The notes under the pieces are model-generated. The model saw nothing but the letters and a program-made list of their open reading frames with translations. It was not told the DNA's origin and ran no database searches. A stretch of DNA of 26,019 nucleotides from positions 1 through 26,019 of the IMG/VR virus record IMGVR_UViG_3300017902_000614, one strand, 5' to 3'. The position numbers and the translations under genes were made by a program. Positions within the stretch are counted from its first letter, which is position 1. Every line of letters begins with the position of its first letter. Shown piece after piece: positions 1-9,972 of the stretch. Source of the stretch: a virus. Lineage: Duplodnaviria > Caudoviricetes.

Positions 1-224
1 GTTGGGTTTGTCACTGAAGCGACTGTTCCCGGTGCATGAACCATCAAGTCGGTAAAATAACGACCACCGACAACATCTACGTTACCTGCGTTATCACCAA
101 CAAAAAGTCTCTCTCCTTTGTTAGCCTGAGTTCCAGTACCGATTGTAAGACCAAGTTCACCGAACTGAAGACTTCCGGGAGCCGTTGTACCCGTAGATCT
201 TTTTACTCGTATAATACTAGCCAT
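1..224 (-). CDS. Probable tail fibre / fibre-like virion protein, N-terminal 74 aa (runs off the left edge; not in the ORF track)
   Basis: Manual translation from ATG at 224 gives MASIIRVKRSTGTTAPGSLQFGELGLTIGTGTQANKGERLFVGDNAGNVDVVGGRYFTDLMVHAPGTVASVTNP with no stop. The ATG is 2 nt after the TAG of the upstream gene. The I-x-V-K-R-S...P..L..GEL...LFVGD pattern is typical of phage fibre N-terminal attachment domains. Confidence 0.75.
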   Translation of the reverse strand, partial: MASIIRVKRSTGTTAPGSLQFGELGLTIGTGTQANKGERLFVGDNAGNVDVVGGRYFTDLMVHAPGTVASVTNP

Positions 225-226
225 TT

Positions 227-454
227 CTAAAAGTTACCTCCATTGATATCCAAATTTTGTGCCGATCCGGGTGTTAATACTAAAGTTGATTCAAATTTTT
301 GTGTGGTTGAGTTAAAAACTAAGACCATCCCATTTTGTGGATTGTTGATCTCTGTGTCACTAAGTCCTGCAAGAGATCCACTTACGTTTCCTGCTAATGA
401 GGATACGACCTTGGTTGCATTTTGTTGTCCTACGCGGACTCTTATGTTTGCCAT
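227..454 (-). CDS. Small hypothetical protein, probably virion-associated (75 aa)
   Basis: Start overlaps the upstream stop (TGATG at 454). Contains LAGLSDTEINNPQNGMVLVFNSTTQKF, resembling the L..L.DV.....G.VL.Y.....W fibre-associated motif, and ends in DINGGNF. Confidence 0.75.
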   Translation of the reverse strand: MANIRVRVGQQNATKVVSSLAGNVSGSLAGLSDTEINNPQNGMVLVFNSTTQKFESTLVLTPGSAQNLDINGGNF

Positions 455-795
455 CAGCGAGTGACTCCTTGCCTTACTAAAACAGATCCTTCAACAACTC
501 TCGTTACTTCACCTACACTATCGGAAACGATTACGTCATAAACATATCTTCCGGGTTTTAATGTGCCAGTGGTTATGCTAGATAAACCAACTTGTACTTG
601 TCCTTGTTCAGCATTTTGTATGGACGCTGTAAAAGTCGCTGCAATACCTGTGCTTCCCGCATGTTTTCTCATCTGAGATGAAGCTGTAAACCCACTAAGG
701 TCTAATGCATCATTAGATGATATATTTTCTAAAGAAAATGTTTGTGTGAAAGTAGCACCAGTGTTGATAATAAGATTGCTAACATATACTGCCAT
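454..795 (-). CDS. Small beta-rich virion structural/adaptor protein (113 aa), conserved type in T4-like cyanophages
   Basis: N-L-x-I-x-x-G-A-T-F...DLSG.TA.SQMRK...T..LKPGRYVYDV...RVVEG.V.V..GVT pattern. Has its own TATAAATA late promoter at 826-833. A BppU-N/LtfC-like adaptor fold is inference only. Confidence 0.8.
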   Translation of the reverse strand: MAVYVSNLIINTGATFTQTFSLENISSNDALDLSGFTASSQMRKHAGSTGIAATFTASIQNAEQGQVQVGLSSITTGTLKPGRYVYDVIVSDSVGEVTRVVEGSVLVRQGVTR

Positions 796-825
796 TTATG
801 CAATAATATAATATGATCTATAGTT

Positions 826-833
826 TATTTATA
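826..833 (-). promoter_or_regulatory. T4-type (gp55 sigma) late promoter TATAAATA
   Basis: Plus strand reads TATTTATA at 826-833, in the 796-843 intergenic gap, 30 nt upstream of the ATG at 795. Confidence 0.85.
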
Positions 834-843
834 TTTTGTTATA

Positions 844-1044
844 CTATGAATTTTTTTGAATTAATTCATTTAGAAGACCTTTGAGAGTATCTATCTCAGA
901 TTTGAGGTGCTCTATTTCAGATTTTTCAATAAGTTTTTTATCTCTCATCTTTTTATATCTCATATAACCGGATGTGTCGCAATTAATAATAGCTCCAGTT
1001 TCTTCATCACGATAAAGATGTTTATGACCTTCTACTCGTATCAT
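844..1044 (-). CDS. Small conserved hypothetical protein with C-terminal coiled coil (66 aa)
   Basis: ATGA overlap with the stop of the VrlC-like gene. N-terminus VEGHKHLYRDEETGAIIN is followed by the heptad-like EIEHLKSEIDTLKGLLNELI. This type of gene typically follows the large structural gene in cyanomyoviruses. Confidence 0.8.
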   Translation of the reverse strand: MIRVEGHKHLYRDEETGAIINCDTSGYMRYKKMRDKKLIEKSEIEHLKSEIDTLKGLLNELIQKNS

Positions 1045-4000
1045 GCTAATGCAATTGCTCGTAGATCACTTACTCTTGGTGCTTCGGCTTCATTTGTACC
1101 ACTAAACACCACTTTAATTACAAAACCAGTAAACTCTGATAGATTATCAGCAGTAAACTGATATTCTAAGAATTCACCATCAACACTTGATGGAACTTTG
1201 GCATCTGGTCTACCACTATTTTTAGAAGTAGATATTCCTACGTCACCAAATCCGTCACTATTAGTATCAAGCATATTATCAAAACCGGGGAATAAGTCAT
1301 ATGATTGTTCTCCCTCACTTATTTCAGAGTTGAATAATTTATATAAAACTCTAAAATCAGCAGACTCAGATCTCTGAGCAGTAAGAAATACTTGCAATGA
1401 AGTTGCAGGTTGTTTCAAATCAACACGTTTGGAGATATAAACTCCAGCATGAGGATCATTAGTATTGAGTTTAACTCTAGCATCTTTAGAATAATCATCA
1501 ATAGGTTTATTTAACCTATTTCTAATATAAATGATTGAACTATTCATTGTATCAATCACAGGTGATAAATTTTTATCACCAGATAACATTCTTATGCTGA
1601 TTGTATTTGATCTATTCAAGGGGAGTTCAGGTAATCTTGCAGACTCATTAACAGGTGATGCAACTAATCGTGGACTGCTAAGAACATTTATCGTATTCAA
1701 TTCAATATTTTCAAATCCTTGATCTTGGAATGATACTTCACTACCACCAGCACTCGTACCTGAGACAGTTCTTGTTTTAGCTGATATCGCTGTTTGTCCC
1801 GGAGTTATATTATTAATTATAGGATATATCTGGTTATATTGAACGTTTTGTGATGCAAAAATCTGATTTCCTCCTGCAAATGCATCCGTAAAGAAACTTA
1901 ATTGTGAGTTTCCACTTGTTCTGACTGCTGGTGCAGGCCCTGTATTGAATTTTGCACCTCTTGGAATTTCAAGATAATACTTATCAATATCACTTTCAGT
2001 TCTTAAAATAGAAGTAGATGGTAGTGTGTGTACACTATTAATACCAGTAAGTGAGAATCCATTAAACTCATATTTGTAAACTAAACTTCCGACTGCATGT
2101 TCACGAATCGCAGATCCATCAACACCTCTTTCAACTATTGTTAAAGATTCGTTACTAGTATTAATTCCATCATATTGCATGATTTCATTATTTACTTTAA
2201 CATAACCTCTTGATGTACTTATTCCTTCAAACACTTGGAAATCTAAAGTTGAATTTAGACCAGTTGCAGGAGCATTAAGATCAATTGAACTTGATGAGAG
2301 TCCAACAGCAGCATTTAAAACAACAGGTTCAGTTGTTGGTTGAATATTTGAAATTTCAACCTTATTATTACCAGAATGCATACCGTGATTGTATTGAGTT
2401 ACCTCAATTACATTACCACTAAACAATCCTCCACCAATTTCTTGATCTAAATTTCCAACATTATCAACTAATTTATTTCCAGTTAAGGCAACAAATTGAG
2501 TTCCATTAAAATGTAAAAGTGCAGTATTATCTTCAAATTTTTCACCTTGTACATCAGTTAGATATAGAGTATCGATAGATCCTATTGAATCAACGCTAAA
2601 GATTGCACCACTTCCTTGTGTAATTCCTGTAAAAGACGTATTAATTCCGATTAAATCACCAACTGTGTAACCAGTTCCATCGTTGTTATCAGTGATACTT
2701 GAAACAACACCACCAGATCCAAATGTCACATTTAATGTAGCACCAGTTCCATTTCCTGTAATTGCAAAAGTTGTTACATTATTTACAGTGCCTGAACTTG
2801 GATATTCACTACCCGGATTTCTTATCGATAATGTTGCAGTAGGGCCACCATGCCTTTCAACTGTTCCTTTTGGTGTTGTGGAAATACCTGCTTGTCCTGC
2901 AGCAATTATTTTTCCGGCTTCTATTTCTGATTGTGTAGCACCTGTATCTATCTTCACCTTAAGTTTTCGAGGTAAAGATCTTATTGCATTATTACCTAAA
3001 GTTGGAATAAGACTACTCTCATAATTCAACTCAGGATTGTAGAAGATAACTTCTGCATCCCTTGATTTGGAAAAATCTGCTTTATATAAAGTTAATTTAA
3101 GATCCTCGAATTGACTTGGAGTCCAAATAGAACCATTTTGTGATTTAAACAAACTACCACCAATATATTGTTTTGATATAACCACACTTTCAGCATCAGG
3201 TAAACTTTGAGTCTGAATTGTAGGCTCACCCATTCTACCAACCCAGGCCTCATAGTTATTTGAGGAGGGAGCTAAAAGAACTATACAATATTCTTCACCA
3301 GATGGTAAAAATATTGGAGATGGGAACGTAACTCTAGTTGCAACAGAAGCATCTTCAGATATATTTACTTGAGATGGTTCTAAAACAACTTGCGCAAAAT
3401 CTTGTAATAAAACAAGTGTAGGAATACCTAATTCCATAGTTCTAACTTGAACTGTTAGTTTTTCTTTTATATCCTTGGATCTAAAATAAAGATCAACTGC
3501 AGTAAGAAACGCTCCAGATTCATCAACTGTGAAAGATTGTGCTAATGGATCACCCCTTTGGATAATAACTTGTTCACGAATAACCTCAGTTACTTCAGTA
3601 ACATTAGTAATATTATTAGTTACGTTTGTTACGTTAGTTACCTCAGTTACTTCAGTAATATTTGTTATTTCATTCGTTATAAATTCATTCGTTATATTGA
3701 AAACTACTGGTTGAGGTGGTGGTGGTGGAAGACGGACAACCACTGTTGATTGTCTAAAGGTATCAACAACTCCGCTAGTGCGATAGTCTGTTTCAACTTC
3801 ACTAATACTCGGAGACCCTAGAAGAGGTCTTGAATTAGATGCACTTGATGTCAATTTAAATGTTTTTGTTCCATTTTCAAATCTTAATTGTGGAACTGGT
3901 GATCCCAAAGGATCTCTAAAAAAGAACGATCCGATTAAATCTCCAAGTATATCAGAAATAAGTCTTATTGGTCTAATTGTTGCTGTTGCTTGACTTTGTG

Positions 4001-7000
4001 ATCCAACCAGCTTTATTCCCTGTTGTATGAAACCAAAAAATCTTCCTTGTGCCTCTTCAACAAGAGATGCGATGTCAATATTTAAAACTGTTGATGATGA
4101 GGAATATAAACTAGGTAATGTTAACGCAGTATTATATGGATTTGTTGTAAATACTGTGGTTGGATTACTAATACTTCCTGTTTTATGATTTGGAGCACAT
4201 GTTCTTGCTACAAATATTCTATCTGCTCCATCAAATCCCTCTACAGTTTCGTTGATATCAAATGCACCAGAATCCATTGATATTTCAATTAATTTCGGAA
4301 TAATATCAATACCTGATTGACTATCAAAGAAAGCATAAAATCTTGTGTTTGGGCTAAGTCCACTTGCATCAAATGATACATTTCTTGATCTAATATGTGT
4401 ATCAGGAACACTACTTACTATGCGATCATTTGTAAATGTTTCTTCAGTATCACCTAAGACAGTTCTTGTTCCATCATTAAGAATTACGTTACGTGTCCAA
4501 GTATCTGCACTAGGACTTAAAATCATATTACCTCTAAATGAAACAATGTTGAAAGGGTTTACATTTTCAACTCTTGATGCCAAAGGCTGATCAAGAAGCA
4601 CGACTTCATCATAATCAAGAGTAATTAAATCACCTGTTTTTCTTGCACCAGAATCAAGTAATGCTAGATTGTCTGAAAAATCAACTGTAGATGGATTTAA
4701 AGATGGATCAAGTGCTAATTGAGGTTTAATTGAATAAAAATCAGTAGGAGTTACTAATGTTTGTGAACTTTCAATTACATCACACTTACAATCTGGATTC
4801 AAACGATCCAAAAGGTTTGTATTTTTGAAATCATCAACGAAGAAACCAGATTTAAATCTAGACAATCCATCAGCATCTTGAATTTGTAATGCTTTTGTAT
4901 CTAATTCAAGTAATGATAAAGATGTTAATTCTTCAAGATTTTCAATTCTATCTTCAATCTTACCAATATCTCTCATCGTGTATCGACGATTATCTACAAG
5001 ATTTATCTTTACATCTTTTACATTATAAAGGTAGGCTGGAACTTCAATCGTTCCAATTGTCATCGCTGTTTCAATATCAGATGGTACTATGGGATTTTGT
5101 GAAGAAATACCTTTTATAACTTGAATATATCCGTCTGTGTAAGCATTAACAGAATTATCACTTGAATCAATAATAACTTTATCGATTCTAGGTAAGAAAA
5201 ATTTAAAATCTAATGTAGATGCTTCATTAGGTGCAACAATTATGGTTGAGTTAGAGCCAGATGAACTAAAAACTCTTGATGAATAAGCAAAGGGTGAAGT
5301 CGATCCACTAAAGTCAGCAACTCTAGGTCTAAAATCTAAAGTATCAGTTGATCTTAATCCATTTTTAAGTATAGGAACATCTTTGAAGTTTTCAGATGGA
5401 TATGATGCGACTGTAAACACATCTCCTGTATCATTTGCAGGAACTGTAAATTTATCAAAAATAACTCTTAATCTTCTTGATGGTATATTTGAACCATCTT
5501 TTCTTACAATTCTTGAATAATCTGAAAATTCATCTCTTTGTCCATCATCAAGTTTAAAATTACTTGTGACATCTAAGAACAATCCATTAGTAATTCCTTG
5601 TAAATTTGTAGTTATATTCGACTCTTGGAAAGTAACAGATTCTCCTATAATAAACTTATTTGCGGTTAGTGTTGATATCTCAACTGTAGTGGCATTTGTT
5701 CTTTCTGTAACAACTGCAATCGCACCACTTACAGCACCTTTAATTTTTTCACCCAAAATAGAGTTAGTATCTAATGATAATCCACTGACAAAAACTAATT
5801 TATCAAGAACTGGATCGCTTAAATTAACTGATTCAAATACACCGACAATATTAAAAACATCGGGAGTGTTAAGAGATACTTCTTTATCATCGACTCTTAG
5901 TCCATAAGCTTTACTATGTGTAATTCCATTAGTACTCACACCAACTCTTGATGTTTTATTAACAACGATACTATTGCTTCGAGAAATATTTTTAGTTTTG
6001 TTATTAATTAAATCTTTTTCTAGTGTCACACTAATCACTCTTGCACTAGTTCCTGAAAGTCCACTAAATGTAATTGTTCTATTATTATTTGATAAAACGA
6101 CTTGACTTTCATCTAGTTGATCATGAATTGTAGATGCTGATGTTTTTAGAGATATACTATAACGATCACCATCATATGGTGCAAATGTTGAAGTGCTTGC
6201 AAATTCAGGAAAATCGGAACCGATAGTTAATTGAATAGTTCCACCACTTACTGATTTTTGAGCTTGTGCTTTAACAAATAATTTTGATTGTGCTAATGAC
6301 GCATCAGACACATTCTTTTTAGGAAGTTCTGCGTACAATCCAACATTATTTTGAAATATTTGTGGACGGCCGATACGAACACCTGTAAAATTTCCATCCG
6401 CAACACTTGCTACACAAACTCCATTAACATCAGTAACAGCAGAGACTGTAAACTGTTTAAGAGTTCCGGTTGGAGCTGTGCTTACTCTCATAAATCGAGG
6501 ATCATCTTCAACCTCATTGCTTATAATAATAATATCATTAGCCTTGATGGATCTAAATGTTTTTCCTGCACATTTAACTACACCTGAAGCGATATTAATT
6601 GAATCTGAAGGACTGAGTTCTTTGATTGGAACAGGATTTAACACCAAATCTCCTGAAAAATCAACACCGGTGCCAAAAACTGCATCACACTCCTGATGAA
6701 CTGACATGACATCTTCTAATCCAAATTTATCAACAGATACGATTGATCTTACCTCTCCATTAGCTCCAATTGATGTTGAACCATTTATTTTTATTTGCTC
6801 ACCGTCAATAAATGTTCCTGATACTTGTTCAAGAAGTAAAGTACCACTACCAGCTCCTGCAGAGACAGTAAATCCTGTCGCACCACTACTTAATCCTTCA
6901 ATAAAACTACCAACTGGTGCTGTAGAACTACTGAAAGATCCACTCGCTATAATTTGGGTAAAAATTTGAATATCATATACGTATAAATCAAATTTAGTTG

Positions 7001-8375
7001 TTTTATCTAAAAAAGATGCATCAGTATTTTCAAATGCGTAAACTCTTGCAAATCCTATTTGATTTCCTGCAGCTCCGGGATTATTACCGGTACCTTTTCT
7101 TTGATCTCTCAAAGAAATAGTTTGATTAGCAAATGTTTGATTCAATCCTAAAATTGGAGTTCCATGCACATTATTTAACTTAAATAATGTTCCAAGTTTA
7201 AAGTTTACTTTTGAATTTTTGAATTCTTCTTTATCTCTTGTTTTGTCAACATCAATAACAGTTGTTCCTGATTTTTCAATATCATGCCCTCTCACGTAAG
7301 CCTTTCCGGGTGAAACTTTAACACACATTAAAGATTCTTCTGGTGTATTTCTTTGATCTGTAAGTTCTCCTTCTTTAAAAACACCTTCATTTGATATTCC
7401 ATCATCTAGACATTCTGCAACATTAATTTTGAAGTTACCAACAGAATAATTTCCAGATTCTTCAAAAGTTCTTTTTGCGAAATAATCCTTAATAAGAGAA
7501 TAATCTGGTTTTTGCTCATTTTTCTTAAGTTGTCCATTATCAAGACGAACTAATTCTACAAAATTCTTATCATTGTAATCTGTTAATGGTTTTTTTGTAA
7601 GTCTTGTAGTAATTTTAAGTCTATCAGCACCCGGTGCAGCAAAGTTTGAAAATCCCCTTGCATTATCAAATAATGATGAATCATCTTTTGCTTGAATTAT
7701 TTCCTCTTGAATGAATAAACCAACTCTATAGTTTGGTACATTTGAATATGGATCAAGAACAATTTTATCAGCAGCAACATTGACAAAATGACCACGAATG
7801 AAGAATACACCATCACCGATAGATACAGCAGAACCAGTATTACATGCATTCAACTCAATTAAAGTTGCAATTGTTTCACCAGCAGTAATCTGAGTGTTAC
7901 CATATATGAATGACTCCTCTACTAATAAATTTTCACCATCGGCCATGAATGATACTTCATTAGAAGTACCAGCATCAAGATATTTTACAAATATCGTTAA
8001 ATCAGTTATCTCAGATGAATTTTCTGGTAAAGCATAATTATCAACTTTTATTTTTATTCCCGTTTCTTGTCCAACTAATATTTTACCTATAAGATTATCG
8101 ACATAAAGAGATACAGGTACACCTAGATGATCACTCTGCAATTTAATGGAAAAATATTCATAATCATAACTTGTATTTCCGGGGATAACCATTGATCCCT
8201 CTTTAAATATATGACTTCCAAAAGATTCTACCTGATCTTGTAATATAGATTGAAGTGTTGTTAATTCACGAGCTTGTACAGGTCTACCCGGATTAAATAG
8301 AACTCTATAGAACTGATTATCCTTGGAAAAGTCGTCGTAATATGGACTTATATTTAAATTCGTTTTTTGTGGCAT
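1041..8375 (-). CDS. Large virion structural protein, VrlC-like / DUF4815-type (2444 aa)
   Basis: N-terminal NLNISPYYDDF...LFNPGRPVQARELTTLQSILQ; internal APGADRLK, RTFEESGNY, RRYTMRDIGKIEDRIENLE, RFKSGFFVDDF, VNPFN, DPLAQSF, GSLFKSQNGSIW; C-terminal PRVSDLRAIALA. Lies directly downstream of gp8. Confidence 0.85.
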   Translation of the reverse strand: MPQKTNLNISPYYDDFSKDNQFYRVLFNPGRPVQARELTTLQSILQDQVESFGSHIFKEGSMVIPGNTSYDYEYFSIKLQSDHLGVPVSLYVDNLIGKILVGQETGIKIKVDNYALPENSSEITDLTIFVKYLDAGTSNEVSFMADGENLLVEESFIYGNTQITAGETIATLIELNACNTGSAVSIGDGVFFIRGHFVNVAADKIVLDPYSNVPNYRVGLFIQEEIIQAKDDSSLFDNARGFSNFAAPGADRLKITTRLTKKPLTDYNDKNFVELVRLDNGQLKKNEQKPDYSLIKDYFAKRTFEESGNYSVGNFKINVAECLDDGISNEGVFKEGELTDQRNTPEESLMCVKVSPGKAYVRGHDIEKSGTTVIDVDKTRDKEEFKNSKVNFKLGTLFKLNNVHGTPILGLNQTFANQTISLRDQRKGTGNNPGAAGNQIGFARVYAFENTDASFLDKTTKFDLYVYDIQIFTQIIASGSFSSSTAPVGSFIEGLSSGATGFTVSAGAGSGTLLLEQVSGTFIDGEQIKINGSTSIGANGEVRSIVSVDKFGLEDVMSVHQECDAVFGTGVDFSGDLVLNPVPIKELSPSDSINIASGVVKCAGKTFRSIKANDIIIISNEVEDDPRFMRVSTAPTGTLKQFTVSAVTDVNGVCVASVADGNFTGVRIGRPQIFQNNVGLYAELPKKNVSDASLAQSKLFVKAQAQKSVSGGTIQLTIGSDFPEFASTSTFAPYDGDRYSISLKTSASTIHDQLDESQVVLSNNNRTITFSGLSGTSARVISVTLEKDLINNKTKNISRSNSIVVNKTSRVGVSTNGITHSKAYGLRVDDKEVSLNTPDVFNIVGVFESVNLSDPVLDKLVFVSGLSLDTNSILGEKIKGAVSGAIAVVTERTNATTVEISTLTANKFIIGESVTFQESNITTNLQGITNGLFLDVTSNFKLDDGQRDEFSDYSRIVRKDGSNIPSRRLRVIFDKFTVPANDTGDVFTVASYPSENFKDVPILKNGLRSTDTLDFRPRVADFSGSTSPFAYSSRVFSSSGSNSTIIVAPNEASTLDFKFFLPRIDKVIIDSSDNSVNAYTDGYIQVIKGISSQNPIVPSDIETAMTIGTIEVPAYLYNVKDVKINLVDNRRYTMRDIGKIEDRIENLEELTSLSLLELDTKALQIQDADGLSRFKSGFFVDDFKNTNLLDRLNPDCKCDVIESSQTLVTPTDFYSIKPQLALDPSLNPSTVDFSDNLALLDSGARKTGDLITLDYDEVVLLDQPLASRVENVNPFNIVSFRGNMILSPSADTWTRNVILNDGTRTVLGDTEETFTNDRIVSSVPDTHIRSRNVSFDASGLSPNTRFYAFFDSQSGIDIIPKLIEISMDSGAFDINETVEGFDGADRIFVARTCAPNHKTGSISNPTTVFTTNPYNTALTLPSLYSSSSTVLNIDIASLVEEAQGRFFGFIQQGIKLVGSQSQATATIRPIRLISDILGDLIGSFFFRDPLGSPVPQLRFENGTKTFKLTSSASNSRPLLGSPSISEVETDYRTSGVVDTFRQSTVVVRLPPPPPQPVVFNITNEFITNEITNITEVTEVTNVTNVTNNITNVTEVTEVIREQVIIQRGDPLAQSFTVDESGAFLTAVDLYFRSKDIKEKLTVQVRTMELGIPTLVLLQDFAQVVLEPSQVNISEDASVATRVTFPSPIFLPSGEEYCIVLLAPSSNNYEAWVGRMGEPTIQTQSLPDAESVVISKQYIGGSLFKSQNGSIWTPSQFEDLKLTLYKADFSKSRDAEVIFYNPELNYESSLIPTLGNNAIRSLPRKLKVKIDTGATQSEIEAGKIIAAGQAGISTTPKGTVERHGGPTATLSIRNPGSEYPSSGTVNNVTTFAITGNGTGATLNVTFGSGGVVSSITDNNDGTGYTVGDLIGINTSFTGITQGSGAIFSVDSIGSIDTLYLTDVQGEKFEDNTALLHFNGTQFVALTGNKLVDNVGNLDQEIGGGLFSGNVIEVTQYNHGMHSGNNKVEISNIQPTTEPVVLNAAVGLSSSSIDLNAPATGLNSTLDFQVFEGISTSRGYVKVNNEIMQYDGINTSNESLTIVERGVDGSAIREHAVGSLVYKYEFNGFSLTGINSVHTLPSTSILRTESDIDKYYLEIPRGAKFNTGPAPAVRTSGNSQLSFFTDAFAGGNQIFASQNVQYNQIYPIINNITPGQTAISAKTRTVSGTSAGGSEVSFQDQGFENIELNTINVLSSPRLVASPVNESARLPELPLNRSNTISIRMLSGDKNLSPVIDTMNSSIIYIRNRLNKPIDDYSKDARVKLNTNDPHAGVYISKRVDLKQPATSLQVFLTAQRSESADFRVLYKLFNSEISEGEQSYDLFPGFDNMLDTNSDGFGDVGISTSKNSGRPDAKVPSSVDGEFLEYQFTADNLSEFTGFVIKVVFSGTNEAEAPRVSDLRAIALA
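3582..3728 (-). repeat. In-frame low-complexity tract: PPPPPQP followed by T-[N/E]-[V/I] tripeptide repeats
   Basis: Protein reads LPPPPPQPVVFNITNEFITNEITNITEVTEVTNVTNVTNNITNVTEVTEV. DNA has exact direct repeats ACCTCAGTTACTTCAGTAA (3583-3601, 3640-3658) and TTCATTCGTTATA (3669-3681, 3684-3696), plus a GGT run near 3714-3728. Confidence 0.9.
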
Positions 8376-8378
8376 TTT

Positions 8379-9935
8379 TTAAAATTCCAGAATAATTTTT
8401 ATGTCTTCCTTTTGTCTCAAGTTTCTTGAAATGAGAGCCCGATTGTCAATGTACAATACATCGCCCGACCCTTTATTTATCTCAGGAGAAGCAAGACCAC
8501 TTGTAAAAGAAACTCCTAAAGCAACGTTATTATTATTAACATCTGTAGTTATACCAGCACTAAAAGTGGTTTCAACAGATCCACTACCTCCGGAAAAGGA
8601 AATTTGACTGGTCGATGATGTAAATTCATATTGCTGCGATCCACTACTTACATTTGCATAATCAGTTTGATCAACTTTATTTCCAAAATACAACGATCTA
8701 TCTTGAATGTATTTCAAAACATTTGTGTCGCTGTCAAAAGAACTGATATATCCTAAAGCAGTTTGACCAACACCAACATTTTGTTGAAGCAAACCACCAA
8801 CCGTTGGAGTCCCTGTTATAGTATCTAGTTTAATTGATTTCAAACCCGAATACGTGCTGCCTGTGTAAACTGATGTTGTACCAAATGATGTTGGATTTTT
8901 TATTAGTGATACTTGTGCAAATTTGGCATCAATTGGGAAATCTTTTGTTGAATCATCAAATCTTGCATACACAAGAACCCGATCAGCACCTAACTCTTTA
9001 TATAAGTCAAATCCATGTCCTTTTGATGGAGGTATGATGGGTATTAATTTTGCAGGTGTGTTTCCTGCTACGGCAGCACTATTAATTGTACCTAAATCAA
9101 CGACCCCATATGTATAACCTTTACCGCCATTTGATATGGTTGCTTTTGTAATTTTTGTCCCAGAAACCTCAATAACTACTTTACCACCTGTGCCATCACC
9201 TAAAATATTAAATTCACCACCTGTTCCTGTGTAATTAAGTCCCTGATCAGCAATATATACTGTTTTTATTTGATTATTGTTTATATCTGAATCACCATTT
9301 TCTCGAACTGCCTGTATTTGCGCATCAGTTGTAGTTGGCCAATCATTTGGCAGAGAGATAAAATCAGTTGAATCAAACTTTATAATATCACTTGGTTTTA
9401 CGGTGAACAAATACTTCCATATGTATCCATCTTGACTCTCACCTGCTTTAGAGGGTTCTAAATCAGTAAATGTGGGTTCATCCTCAGACGCATTACCTGT
9501 GGTGTTTATTCCTGATGAACCATTTTCAATACAAATATAAACATTAAAATTACTGTTTATAACATAATAATTAGCATCATATAATCGAGTTGCATTTGAA
9601 TTAGGCGCAGTATTTGTAGTACTGTAGTCCTGACGATACATATCGTATTTTACACCTTTTGTCCAATTTATTCTACGAACTAATCTTCTTACATTAGTAT
9701 CTGTAACTCTCTTACCAAACTGTGTTGTATCTCCTACATGATCTATTTCTGAAAAACTATCTACTGGATTAGGGGTAGCAGTGTTCCAATTGTTTGCTCT
9801 TCCAAAACCAACTGAAGCCGGTTGAGGATTTGGTAAACCTAAAGAGATAAAATAAGAATTTGTAGACGAAGAGACCCCTGCAACAAAATTACTTGCATTT
9901 AATATTCTAAACTGGTCTGTTACAATTGCTGGCAT
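8379..9935 (-). CDS. gp8: Baseplate wedge subunit gp8 (518 aa; true start MPAIVTDQFR)
   Basis: W..G..YDMYR.DY...LYDANYYVINS.FNVY.CI.NG...EPT..D......DGYIWKYLFT..P.DIIKFDSTDFI, IIPPSKGHG.D...ELGA and terminal R...QKEDIKIILEF. Start moved from 10073 to ATG 9935, which removes the overlap with gp7 and leaves a late promoter just upstream. Confidence 0.9.
   Translation of the reverse strand: MPAIVTDQFRILNASNFVAGVSSSTNSYFISLGLPNPQPASVGFGRANNWNTATPNPVDSFSEIDHVGDTTQFGKRVTDTNVRRLVRRINWTKGVKYDMYRQDYSTTNTAPNSNATRLYDANYYVINSNFNVYICIENGSSGINTTGNASEDEPTFTDLEPSKAGESQDGYIWKYLFTVKPSDIIKFDSTDFISLPNDWPTTTDAQIQAVRENGDSDINNNQIKTVYIADQGLNYTGTGGEFNILGDGTGGKVVIEVSGTKITKATISNGGKGYTYGVVDLGTINSAAVAGNTPAKLIPIIPPSKGHGFDLYKELGADRVLVYARFDDSTKDFPIDAKFAQVSLIKNPTSFGTTSVYTGSTYSGLKSIKLDTITGTPTVGGLLQQNVGVGQTALGYISSFDSDTNVLKYIQDRSLYFGNKVDQTDYANVSSGSQQYEFTSSTSQISFSGGSGSVETTFSAGITTDVNNNNVALGVSFTSGLASPEINKGSGDVLYIDNRALISRNLRQKEDIKIILEF
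8474..8481 (-). promoter_or_regulatory. Putative late promoter GATAAATA embedded in the gp8 3' end, serving the VrlC-like gene
   Basis: Encoded by GAG ATA AAT AAA (E-I-N-K), about 100 nt upstream of the ATG at 8375. 7/8 match to TATAAATA. Confidence 0.5.
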
Positions 9936-9954
9936 TATTATATTGTTTTTTCTA

Positions 9955-9962
9955 TATTTATA
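9955..9962 (-). promoter_or_regulatory. T4-type late promoter TATAAATA for gp8
   Basis: Plus strand TATTTATA at 9955-9962, between the gp7 stop (9973) and the gp8 ATG (9935). Confidence 0.85.
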
Positions 9963-9972
9963 CAGGAAATCG

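Noticed and set aside
796-843. Rho-independent terminator in the intergenic gaps (also 9936-9972 and 25142-25169)
   Set aside because: No GC-rich stem-loop followed by a U-tract is present. The gaps are occupied by late promoters.
3582-3700. Possible CRISPR-like or DGR-type repeat
   Set aside because: The repeats are short, in frame and lack unique spacers. There is no adenine-specific template/variable pair and no reverse transcriptase or cas gene in the window.
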